Of a DNA stretch of 64,000 nucleotides, positions 27,298 through 35,785 are shown one piece after another. A model generated the notes under the pieces. It saw only the letters and a list, made by a program, of their open reading frames with translations, was not told where the DNA came from and searched no databases. The translations under genes were made by a program, and so were the position numbers. How positions within the stretch are numbered: position 1 is the first letter of the stretch; each line of letters opens with the position of its first letter. Source of the stretch: Candidatus Heimdallarchaeota archaeon (GTDB lineage Archaea > Asgardarchaeota > Heimdallarchaeia > Heimdallarchaeales > Heimdallarchaeaceae); NCBI GenBank assembly GCA_019057815.1, contig JAHLWR010000017.1, forward strand, positions 1-64,000, read 5' to 3'.

Positions 27298-29421
27298 ATG
27301 GCTGAACTACATGGCATCGTTAAAGGAATGGATTGTGCTTCTTGTCAGACTAAAATAGTTAAAAACTTAGAAAAAACTCTAGGTGTGAAATCTGTCAAAC
27401 TCAGCCTTGTATCAACAAAAATCAAAATCGAATATGATGAAACAAAACTTGATGACAAAGTGCTAAAGAAGAATATCAAAAAGATGGGGTATGAATATAA
27501 GGCTGATTATCAAAGAAGTGGTTTTTTTAATTTAAAGGAAAACAAGAAAATTATCTATGCCTTAATAGGAACTCTTTTTCTAACATTAACTTTATTCAGC
27601 AAGTTTACATCTTTTCCTGAATATTCTATCAAATTGATTCCCAATTTTCCCATACCTATTTTTCCACTTATTACCATTTTAATTGGAGGGGTTCCTGTCT
27701 TTGTACATGCTTTTGCGTCTATTAGAGCATTAACAATAGACATAGATCTTCTAATGGTAATTGCGATTTTTGGTGCAGCATTAATTGGAGAATGGGAAGA
27801 AGCTGCGGAGATTGTTATTTTATTTTCGGTAGCTGAACTAATTGAAGCTTATACCTTGGATAAAGCTCGGAATTCAATTAGAGAACTAATGGACTTAACT
27901 CCTCCAACAGCTATAAAGTTAATCAAAGGAAAAAAACACTCTGTGGTTCCTGTTGAAGATCTGATTGTAGGTGATAGAATCAGCGTAAAACCTGGGGGAA
28001 AAATACCAGTTGATGGTAAAATTGAGTGGGGATCATCAAATATAGATCAAAGTACAATAACTGGTGAATCCAAACCTTCAGAAAAACGTGTGGGGGATAA
28101 AGTATTTGCAGGGACAATAAATCTAGAAGGCTATCTCATTATCAGAGCAACAAGTATGTATAATGAGACTACATTATCAAGAATAATAAAATTAGTAGAG
28201 GACGCAGAGAGTAAGAAAGCGAAAGCTGAACAATTTGTACAAGTTTTTGCAAAGTATTATACTCCTATAATGGTTCTAGTTGCAATCTTAATCACTTTCA
28301 TTCCTGTTGTCATTTTTAGTCAAGATTTCAATGTGTGGATTTATCGAAGTTTAGTCACTTTAGTAGTAGCATGCCCTTGTGCTCTTGTTCTATCTACACC
28401 AATAACAGTCGTAACTGCAATAACTAGAGCCTCAAAAAGAGGTGCCTTAATTAAAGGAGGTCAGTATCTTGAAGCTCTTTCAAAAATATCGGTATTAGCT
28501 ATTGATAAAACGGGTACACTTACACTTGGAAAGTTGAAAGTCTATAAAGTTGAAGCATTAAATAAATTTCCAGAGGAAGAACTGTTAATAATATCAAAAA
28601 ACCTTGAAAAACATTCAGAACATCTGATAGCAAAAGCAATAGTGAACTATTGTGATGAGATGAATGTTAGAGATTTAGCTTTTGATGAAGTGCAAATTTT
28701 TGCGGGAAAGGGTATTAAAGGTGTTATAGGCGATGATCAATACTACATCGGTAATTCTACCCTAGCTTTGGAAGCTATACGAGACAATATACATCTAGAT
28801 TGCGATGAAACTGAAAGCGTTGTAAGTTATGTGATAAAAAATAAAAGAGTCGTAGGACATTTTCATCTGTCCGATGAATTGAGAAAGGAATCAAAAAGTG
28901 TTATTAATTACATAAAGAAAGCTGGAATTGATAACATCTATATGTTGACTGGGGATAATGCTGAAATAGCTTCAACAATAGCTAGAGATTTAAAAATCGA
29001 TTATCACGCTGAACTTCTACCTGAAAACAAGATTGAAATTGTAGAAAAATTAAGATCTGAACATGGTTCTATAGCTTTTATAGGAGATGGAATCAATGAT
29101 GCTCCTGCATTAGCTACAGCCGATGTTTCAATTGCCATGGCGCATTCTGATACAGCTGTTGCAATCGAGACTGCTGATATAGTGTTAGCCTCAAATGATT
29201 TAGGTGTTTTACCATATCTTTTTGTTCTTAGTACACAAACTCGGAATACGATTAAAATTAATATAGCAGTTTCACTGATAATAAAACTTGTTTTCTTTGT
29301 TTTAGTTTTCTTTGATATCACTCAACTTTGGATGGCTGTCTTATTTGGTGATATGGGCGCTTCTTTGTTAGTAATTCTAAATGCAATGAGAGTAGGGAGA
29401 CAAAAAATATTTTTAAGTTAA
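27298..29421 (+). CDS. Heavy-metal P1B-type ATPase (ZntA/CadA-like)
   Basis: N-terminal HMA GMDCASC, TGES, CPC, DKTGT, GDGINDAP; ATG at 27298 preferred over TTG at 27277. Confidence 0.95.
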   Translation: MAELHGIVKGMDCASCQTKIVKNLEKTLGVKSVKLSLVSTKIKIEYDETKLDDKVLKKNIKKMGYEYKADYQRSGFFNLKENKKIIYALIGTLFLTLTLFSKFTSFPEYSIKLIPNFPIPIFPLITILIGGVPVFVHAFASIRALTIDIDLLMVIAIFGAALIGEWEEAAEIVILFSVAELIEAYTLDKARNSIRELMDLTPPTAIKLIKGKKHSVVPVEDLIVGDRISVKPGGKIPVDGKIEWGSSNIDQSTITGESKPSEKRVGDKVFAGTINLEGYLIIRATSMYNETTLSRIIKLVEDAESKKAKAEQFVQVFAKYYTPIMVLVAILITFIPVVIFSQDFNVWIYRSLVTLVVACPCALVLSTPITVVTAITRASKRGALIKGGQYLEALSKISVLAIDKTGTLTLGKLKVYKVEALNKFPEEELLIISKNLEKHSEHLIAKAIVNYCDEMNVRDLAFDEVQIFAGKGIKGVIGDDQYYIGNSTLALEAIRDNIHLDCDETESVVSYVIKNKRVVGHFHLSDELRKESKSVINYIKKAGIDNIYMLTGDNAEIASTIARDLKIDYHAELLPENKIEIVEKLRSEHGSIAFIGDGINDAPALATADVSIAMAHSDTAVAIETADIVLASNDLGVLPYLFVLSTQTRNTIKINIAVSLIIKLVFFVLVFFDITQLWMAVLFGDMGASLLVILNAMRVGRQKIFLS

Positions 29422-29469
29422 AAGATTAAATTAATAAATTCCTCAAAATATAGAAGAATGTGAAGTGAA

Positions 29470-31329
29470 ATGAGCAAGACAGATAAATCTGTTTCAAAAA
29501 TAATGCTATATATATTCATCTTAGTGTTAGTAATTTCATCAATCTTTGCAGTAACGATGTTTGGACCCCGTCCTGACACAGAAAGAAGCTTGTTTACATT
29601 AACCTTGAGACATTATACTAGAGGCTATGAACCACTATATTACAGTGATTATGCCTTGACAATAGTTCAAGATCTTAGAGAGATAGGGATTGATGCAGAA
29701 GAAATAGCAATGGACTATGCAACATATCTAGAAACTGTTGTAAATGACAGAAACTTCGATTTAGCGATTTTAGAGGTAGAAGGTGAAACAGCTCCACATT
29801 TAGAACAATTATTTGGAGAAAAAGCGTCACTCAACTTGTTTAATTTTGTAAACAAACTTGACGATGGTTTACTTTCAAACCTTACAAAAGAAATATCCAT
29901 GGAACTAAATTATAATACTCGAATTTCTCTTTACCATGACTTACAAGCTCATATAATGAGTAATATTGTCCCCATGGTACCTTTGTTTACTCCAGTAAGA
30001 TCCTACGCTTTCTGGGATAATCTAATGGGTTTCTCAGCGGAGCTTGGACTATCCAACAGCCTGCCTTATATGTCTTTTTCAGGAATTCATGAAGGACAAG
30101 AATCTACTGATAATCTGAAAATTGGTGTTAGTAGATGGTTTACATTAAACCCAATAAGGAGCACATTGAATACTGAAAAACTGTTCCTTTCTTTAATTAT
30201 GGATAAATTGATTGCAGTTGATGCTGAAAGCAAAATTTCAAATAATGGATTAATAAATTATTGGGAATATTTGAATGATACAACATTACTCTTACGTTTA
30301 AGGCAAAATGTTATCTGGCAAAACGATGTTGATGAAATATTTACAGATGTACCATTTACATCAAATGATACTGCTTTCACATTAGAATTGTTGAGAGATG
30401 TTGCATCCAACCTTAATTACGGTATGTACAGCTGGATTAAAGGATATGAAGTTCTTAATTCTACTGATATAAAAATCTACATAGATGGAAACGCTACCAC
30501 AACTCAAAATGAACCATACGCATTTGCTCTAGAAGATTTATCTGTTTATCCCTTACCTGACCATTATTTAAATGTCAGCTCATCGGTAGCAGACGTAGTT
30601 CTATCCAGTGAATGGAGCAAATACAGTAGTAATCCGATTGGTACAGGTAAATATCAAGTAAACTTTGAAGAAGCAGTATCAGAATATTATCTTGAACTTG
30701 ATAAATTTATAAACTGGCACGAAACCGGTGTTTTACCAAGTACTCCTGTGAATTTACAATTCGATAAAATAATGGCAAATACTTATACTGACACCTACTC
30801 TTTAGGTCTTGATTTGGAAGCTGGAATAGTAATTGACTTTGGAGATTTTGGAAGAGATCCATCTTCTATTAAGAATACAATCTCAAGTGATAATATCTTA
30901 ACTGATTATGCAAAAGAGAATTCAATTATCTTCCTCGCTTTTAATTTAAACAACCCTAATTTTGGTGGGGAGTTAAATTATGAACCAAGCACTGATGAAG
31001 GAATGTCAAAAGCTCTTGCGATGAGAAAGGCAATTGCTAGTATTATTGATAAAGTAAAAATGAATGGAATTCTTCATAATTCAATTTACAATACTACTGA
31101 TTCTCCAGTATCTATGTATCACACAGATTACTATTATAGTGGAGTTCAAAAGTATCCATATAATATTCAATCCGCTGTGAATTACATAAATCTTGCTGGT
31201 CACAACGTTTCTTTACCTCAGACTACAAATACAACAGAGTCTCCTCTTACTTTTGCATGTTCTGTTATAGCCATTAGTTTTAGCTCTGCAGGAATTACGA
31301 TAATTATGCGGAAAAAGCGTAAATATTGA
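29470..31329 (+). CDS. Family-5 (OppA/DppA-like) substrate-binding protein, apparently circularly permuted, with N- and C-terminal hydrophobic segments
   Basis: LRLRQNVIW..PFTSND, PIGTGKY, FLAFN..MRKAIA, YPYN..A motifs, preceded by the normally C-terminal 'QDLREIGI..FD..R..LY..VP.VPL' block. Confidence 0.8.
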   Translation: MSKTDKSVSKIMLYIFILVLVISSIFAVTMFGPRPDTERSLFTLTLRHYTRGYEPLYYSDYALTIVQDLREIGIDAEEIAMDYATYLETVVNDRNFDLAILEVEGETAPHLEQLFGEKASLNLFNFVNKLDDGLLSNLTKEISMELNYNTRISLYHDLQAHIMSNIVPMVPLFTPVRSYAFWDNLMGFSAELGLSNSLPYMSFSGIHEGQESTDNLKIGVSRWFTLNPIRSTLNTEKLFLSLIMDKLIAVDAESKISNNGLINYWEYLNDTTLLLRLRQNVIWQNDVDEIFTDVPFTSNDTAFTLELLRDVASNLNYGMYSWIKGYEVLNSTDIKIYIDGNATTTQNEPYAFALEDLSVYPLPDHYLNVSSSVADVVLSSEWSKYSSNPIGTGKYQVNFEEAVSEYYLELDKFINWHETGVLPSTPVNLQFDKIMANTYTDTYSLGLDLEAGIVIDFGDFGRDPSSIKNTISSDNILTDYAKENSIIFLAFNLNNPNFGGELNYEPSTDEGMSKALAMRKAIASIIDKVKMNGILHNSIYNTTDSPVSMYHTDYYYSGVQKYPYNIQSAVNYINLAGHNVSLPQTTNTTESPLTFACSVIAISFSSAGITIIMRKKRKY

Positions 31330-31506
31330 GGTTAACTCGACGAATAAAATCGTAGAATTAAGGTATTTTTAATGATTCAAAGTAGAATAGAAGAAAGTAC
31401 AAAAATTGTAAGAGAAGAATCTTTTGAAAAACAAAGGAGAGTCATACGTAAAAGAGCCTTAAAATGAAAATGCATCGAAAATAATGGCTAATATAGGTTA
31501 GTAGTA

Positions 31507-31522
31507 GAAAAAAGTTTAAATA
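31507..31522 (+). promoter_or_regulatory. BRE + TATA box for the downstream ncRNA
   Basis: GAAAAAAG followed by TTTAAATA, ~24 nt before the predicted RNA 5' end (~31546). Confidence 0.6.
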
Positions 31523-31545
31523 GTTATCACGTGTAAGCTTTATTT

Positions 31546-31885
31546 GGTGGATAAAGGGATTCAAGAAATATTGAAGCAAGGAAATGTAAACTGAACAGAA
31601 GGCTGTGCGAAAGCAATCCGATACTCACTCTCCTTCCATGGAGCGTGAAGGAACTTGGTTGACATTTTAAATGGTTTGAACCCCTTTTAGGCTTTTGGAT
31701 AGACCTCCTAAAAGCCGTAATCCCCAGAACCAAACGAAAGTTTGGAACAGATTTCTAGTTCTAAACCAGAAATCTGTCAGAACCCCCAACCAAAAACTAG
31801 GTCAAGAGTGTCGTGTAAGAAAATCCCCTCTGTTCAGGCATTAATTCCTTGCAAAAAGCACTTTTTGTGGTTTCATTATCTGTAA
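31546..31885 (+). ncRNA. Unidentified structured RNA containing a canonical bulge-helix-bulge; predicted precursor of a 254-nt circular RNA (31590-31843)
   Basis: GCAAGGAA(31576-83)/UUCCUUGC(31845-52); central helix AUGU(31584-87)/GCAU(31838-41); 3-nt bulges AAA(31588-90) and UAA(31842-44); inner stem CUGAACAG/CUGUUCAG; several internal hairpins, two with GAAA tetraloops; promoter upstream and T-run at 31890-94. Confidence 0.75.
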
Positions 31886-31989
31886 TTAATTTTTCCGATA
31901 TTTCCTTCAAATATATTAACAAACTTGGAACTATAAGTTTTTAAAGCGGTTTACAACACAAAAAGTAGATATTAACTTAAGGTGATTGC

Positions 31990-32175
31990 ATGGGTCACGG
32001 ATCGCTTCAAAAGTCAGGAAAAGTTAGAAAACAAACCCCTAAAGTAACTGCCAAAGAGAGGCATAGTGCCATTCCTAGAAGAAGTCTTCGTAATAAATAT
32101 GTTAGAAGAGTTCAATTGGGCAAATATGCTGGTCAACCTTCAAGTATGGGTTCTAAACGCGTTAGAAGCAGATAA
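31990..32175 (+). CDS. rps30e: 30S ribosomal protein eS30
   Basis: HGSL.KSGKVRKQTPKV signature. Confidence 0.95.
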   Translation: MGHGSLQKSGKVRKQTPKVTAKERHSAIPRRSLRNKYVRRVQLGKYAGQPSSMGSKRVRSR

Positions 32176-32206
32176 TATTTTACCTATTCATTTTTCTGGT
32201 CATTAT

Positions 32207-33799
32207 ATGAATGACAGAGGTCAAGCTCTAATAGAGATTAAAAAACAGCTTATTGTACAAGGAATACAGTCATCAGAAGAGCTTGATAAAATCAAAAGGA
32301 AGATATCAAGAAAATATCATCTCAAAATCTATCCAAAGAACAGTGAGATTCTTTTCATCTGCAATGATAAGGAAAAAGAACAACTTCTACCTATTCTAAT
32401 GATAAGAAAAGTAAGAACACTTTCTGGAGTGGCTGTTGTTGCAGCAATGACTCGTCCATGGGAATGCCCTCATGGTAAATGCATTATGTGTCCAGGGGGA
32501 CCTGAAGAAGGCAAACCTCAGAGCTACACCGGTTATGAACCTACAGCAATGAGAGGAATAAGAAATAATTATGATCCTTATCTTCAAGTGCAAGATAGAG
32601 TTAAGCAACTGGAAGCTATAGGACATTCAACGGAAAAAGTTGATGTTATAGTAATGGGAGGAACCTTTACTCATCAACCATCAGATTACCAAGAGTGGTT
32701 TATTAAGAGACTATTTGATGGTCTTAATGAAGACGATGCAAGTTCTATACTTGAAGCTCATAAGAAAAATGAGACTACAACGCATCGTTGTGTGGGGTTA
32801 ACTGTGGAAACTCGCCCTGATCAGATTAATACTGAAACTATAGATAGTCTCTTGAACTACGGAGTTACTAGGTTAGAGATAGGCGTTCAAACTGTTTTTG
32901 ATGATGTTTTTGAGAAAATGAACAGGGGCCATGGTTCAAAAGAAGTGATAAACGCTTTCCAATTAATCAAGGATTCAGGTCTCAAAATAACAGCACATAT
33001 GATGCCAGGTTTACCTGGATCGAATTTAAAAAGAGATTTAGAAGCATTTTATACTCTGTTTAATGATGAAAAATATAAACCAGATGAGATTAAAATTTAT
33101 CCTACAATGGTTATACTTGGCACAAAACTATATGAAGATTACAAAAATGGGAGATATGAGCCTTTAACAAATGAGAATACTGCTTCATTAATATCAGAAA
33201 TTAAAAAACTTGTACCTCCTTATGTTAGAATAAAACGTGTACTGAGAGATATTCCAGCTCACCAAATCGCAGCTGGTCCAAATAAAAGTGATTTAAGACT
33301 TGATGCACAGCGAATTTTGCATCAAGAAGGGAAAAAATGTCGTTGTATACGTTGTAGAGAAATAGGGCATTATTTATACAAAGAAAAGGGTGATTTTGAT
33401 GCTTCTAGTATAGCTTATGTCCACAGAAGTTATGCTGCAAGTGGTGGTAGGGAACATTTCTTATCATTTGAAGAAGTTAAAAATGATGTTTTGATTGGTT
33501 TCTTAAGGTTAAGAGAACTGAGTCAAGATTTATTTAGACTTGAGTTTCAGCATGTTTCAACAATTCTAGTTAGAGAACTCCATATATATGGTGAATCACT
33601 TGCTATAAAATCGAAAGTAAAAGCAGACATTCAGTGGCAACATCGTGGATATGGTCGAGAGCTCCTTATAAAAGCAGAGGAAGTTGGGAAAGAAAAAGGA
33701 TACTCCAAGATAGCCGTTATATCAGGAATAGGTGCAAGAGAGTATTATCGGAAATTTGGTTATTCACTAGATGGATCTTATATGTCGAAGAAACTCTGA
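32207..33799 (+). CDS. elp3: Elp3 tRNA U34 acetyltransferase/carboxymethyl synthase (radical SAM + KAT)
   Basis: RTLSGV, CPHGKCIMCPGG, ETRPD, VRELH.YG, QHRGYG, ISGIG.REYY; start moved to ATG 32207. Confidence 0.97.
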   Translation: MNDRGQALIEIKKQLIVQGIQSSEELDKIKRKISRKYHLKIYPKNSEILFICNDKEKEQLLPILMIRKVRTLSGVAVVAAMTRPWECPHGKCIMCPGGPEEGKPQSYTGYEPTAMRGIRNNYDPYLQVQDRVKQLEAIGHSTEKVDVIVMGGTFTHQPSDYQEWFIKRLFDGLNEDDASSILEAHKKNETTTHRCVGLTVETRPDQINTETIDSLLNYGVTRLEIGVQTVFDDVFEKMNRGHGSKEVINAFQLIKDSGLKITAHMMPGLPGSNLKRDLEAFYTLFNDEKYKPDEIKIYPTMVILGTKLYEDYKNGRYEPLTNENTASLISEIKKLVPPYVRIKRVLRDIPAHQIAAGPNKSDLRLDAQRILHQEGKKCRCIRCREIGHYLYKEKGDFDASSIAYVHRSYAASGGREHFLSFEEVKNDVLIGFLRLRELSQDLFRLEFQHVSTILVRELHIYGESLAIKSKVKADIQWQHRGYGRELLIKAEEVGKEKGYSKIAVISGIGAREYYRKFGYSLDGSYMSKKL

Positions 33800-34071
33800 A
33801 AGGATAAACATGGTAAAGATTTAAGCGTTCTATTATCTTTGTTTGTTGTTTAAATCTTATATGTTTGTAGATAATGCTTCTATTAATGGACAAATATCAT
33901 TCTATTGGTATTTTTATTTCAAATTTACTACCATTTTTCCAAAAATTCAAAAGTAGGTTGCCTGCGATTTGTGATTCAATAAAAAACTAAGGTTCTAGAA
34001 TGTGACTGTACCTTAGAATTTATATTTGTTCAAATCATAAATTAATTAAGCGATTACATCAAGGTGACACT

Positions 34072-35070
34072 GTGTCCAAAAAGACGAGTCAGGAACTCTT
34101 AAAACTTGTTAGCCTTAAATTACGTCTTAACCATTTTCAAACAGTCAACCTTTCGTCTAGTAGTAAAGCTTGTTTTGATATTATAGCAAAGAAAGGAAAT
34201 CGCACAATTATTCTGAAAATAGAACCTTATGTTGATAATTTTAATAGAGAAAAATCGTATGAATTAAAGAGCATAGCGCAATTCCTAGAGGCTTCTCCTA
34301 TTATTGTTGGAACAAGAGGTCGGCGATTCAAAAATATAGATGAAGGACTAGTCCTTCTACGATACGGTATACCCGTTGTGAGCCCCGAAACTCTTGAATC
34401 TTTAATAGCTGAAGGGATACCACCAATCGTATATTGTAGCAGAGGTGGATATTTCGTGAATATTGATCGAAAACTTTTACGCAGAGCAAGAATGGAGAAG
34501 AACTATAGTTATACTGAGCTTGCTCATTTGGTTGGAGTAGCTAGAAGTACTGTTTACGAATATGAACACAATATAAATCCCCCTCCTGAAATAGCTGCTA
34601 GGTTGGAAAACGTTCTAAAAACCTCGATAGCTGAAGGGATTCCCATATTTGAAATAGAAATACAAAACGAAGAAAAACCAGAATCTTATCTGTCAGGTAA
34701 TCTATCACCGTTCAAAGAGGAAATAGCTTCTCTTTTAGAGAATTTGGGTGTAATTTCACAGTTTTGGACACATCAATCTCCTTTTGATGCATTCGGAGAA
34801 CATCAAAGTGACCAAGTTAAGAGTGGTTTGAATGTTCTAGTATGTGTAGATGATTCTCATCATAGCAATGTGATAAAAAGAATTAATACAACTGTCAACA
34901 TAGCATCGTTGGCAAAAAGAAGGGCTATAATGATAGTAGATGAAGAACAAGACAATCAGATTTCACAAAAAATGCCTACTTTCACGTTGGATGAACTACA
35001 ACAAATGCAAAGGGCATTTGAACTTGTAAAAAAATGGGCAAAAAAGCAAAAAGAATTGAAGTTTACATGA
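34072..35070 (+). CDS. Conserved archaeal Cro/XRE HTH transcriptional regulator with PD-(D/E)xK-like N domain
   Basis: CFDIIAKK..LK, RGGYFV.ID, 'LRRARME....ELAHLVGVARSTVYEYE'. Confidence 0.85.
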   Translation: MSKKTSQELLKLVSLKLRLNHFQTVNLSSSSKACFDIIAKKGNRTIILKIEPYVDNFNREKSYELKSIAQFLEASPIIVGTRGRRFKNIDEGLVLLRYGIPVVSPETLESLIAEGIPPIVYCSRGGYFVNIDRKLLRRARMEKNYSYTELAHLVGVARSTVYEYEHNINPPPEIAARLENVLKTSIAEGIPIFEIEIQNEEKPESYLSGNLSPFKEEIASLLENLGVISQFWTHQSPFDAFGEHQSDQVKSGLNVLVCVDDSHHSNVIKRINTTVNIASLAKRRAIMIVDEEQDNQISQKMPTFTLDELQQMQRAFELVKKWAKKQKELKFT

Positions 35071-35096
35071 GCTAGATTTGTTCTAGATTTTTGCCT

Positions 35097-35780
35097 CTAC
35101 TTTTGTCCAACTATCATAACATGATCTTTCTCAAAAGATTCAAGGTCAATTGTCTCTAAGATTGTTAATCCAAAAGATTTCAATTGTTCTTCAACTTCTT
35201 TGTAAATAAGCTTTGGTTCTTTTGTGACGTCAATACTCCTTGCCTTTACAGCTATGAAAAAGTATCCGTCTTTTTTGAGAAAAGCTTTGATGTTTGTATT
35301 CAGTATCTCTGCTTGAGTAGGTTGAGCCACATCTTCATAAAGGATATCAACCATAGGGACAGTAAAACTATAACCTTCTGGGAAGCGTGCATCAGCATGT
35401 ATTGGAATAATGTTTTTTCTTCTTTCTGCTATATTTATCAAGTCACTAACTGATCTTGAAGAAAATTCTACTGCATAAATTACACCATCTTCACCAATCA
35501 TATCTGAAACATGTGATACTGTTGTTCCTGAAGCTGCTCCAAGATATAAAATTGAACATCCTTTGGAAAATGGGTATGTTTTCATGTTATTACGTATCGC
35601 AGCAGCAAGTTTACTTTTAAAGGGGTCAAAAGTTCTGTATTCTTTTTCATCAATTTTAATTAGGCGTTCAGTATAGACTTGATATCCTGGATCTGCATTT
35701 AAAGTAGCTAAACGAACATTTCCATCTCTCAACGTGATCCAAAATAAATCGTTATGTTCATGGTTTTTTAATTCAAACAT
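35097..35780 (-). CDS. flpA: Fibrillarin (box C/D 2'-O-methyltransferase)
   Basis: SKLAAAI, LYLGAASGTTVSHVSD, YAVEFS, DVAQP.Q, KARSID. Confidence 0.97.
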   Translation of the reverse strand: MFELKNHEHNDLFWITLRDGNVRLATLNADPGYQVYTERLIKIDEKEYRTFDPFKSKLAAAIRNNMKTYPFSKGCSILYLGAASGTTVSHVSDMIGEDGVIYAVEFSSRSVSDLINIAERRKNIIPIHADARFPEGYSFTVPMVDILYEDVAQPTQAEILNTNIKAFLKKDGYFFIAVKARSIDVTKEPKLIYKEVEEQLKSFGLTILETIDLESFEKDHVMIVGQK

Positions 35781-35785
35781 TCTTA

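Noticed and set aside
31527-31733. 68-aa minus-strand ORF
   Set aside because: No motif; antisense to the structured RNA
31780-31793. Telomerase-template-like CCCCAACC; hammerhead or c-di-GMP riboswitch resemblance elsewhere in the RNA
   Set aside because: Short matches expected by chance; conserved cores (CUGANGA, GEMM consensus) absent; no reverse transcriptase nearby
31590-31843. Identifying the RNA as SRP (7S) RNA, given srp19 nearby
   Set aside because: No CAGG-nnn-GNRA-nnn-AGCA helix-8 motif (closest is CAGA..GAAA..AACA with a longer stem) and no clear Alu domain; a covariance-model search is still needed to exclude it fully
31590-31843. Identifying the RNA as RNase P/MRP RNA
   Set aside because: There is a P2/P3-like arrangement and fragments resembling CR motifs (AAGGAAC, AACAGAAGG, AAAAUCCCC), but they are out of order and I could not form the P4 pseudoknot
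31546-31882. Intron-containing tRNA
   Set aside because: Ligated exons lack the T-loop (UUCRA) and D-loop GG consensus and have the wrong stem lengths
32066-32206. N-terminal extension of Elp3 overlapping rps30e
   Set aside because: Overlaps a conserved ribosomal gene in another frame; ATG 32207 gives a typical Elp3 length
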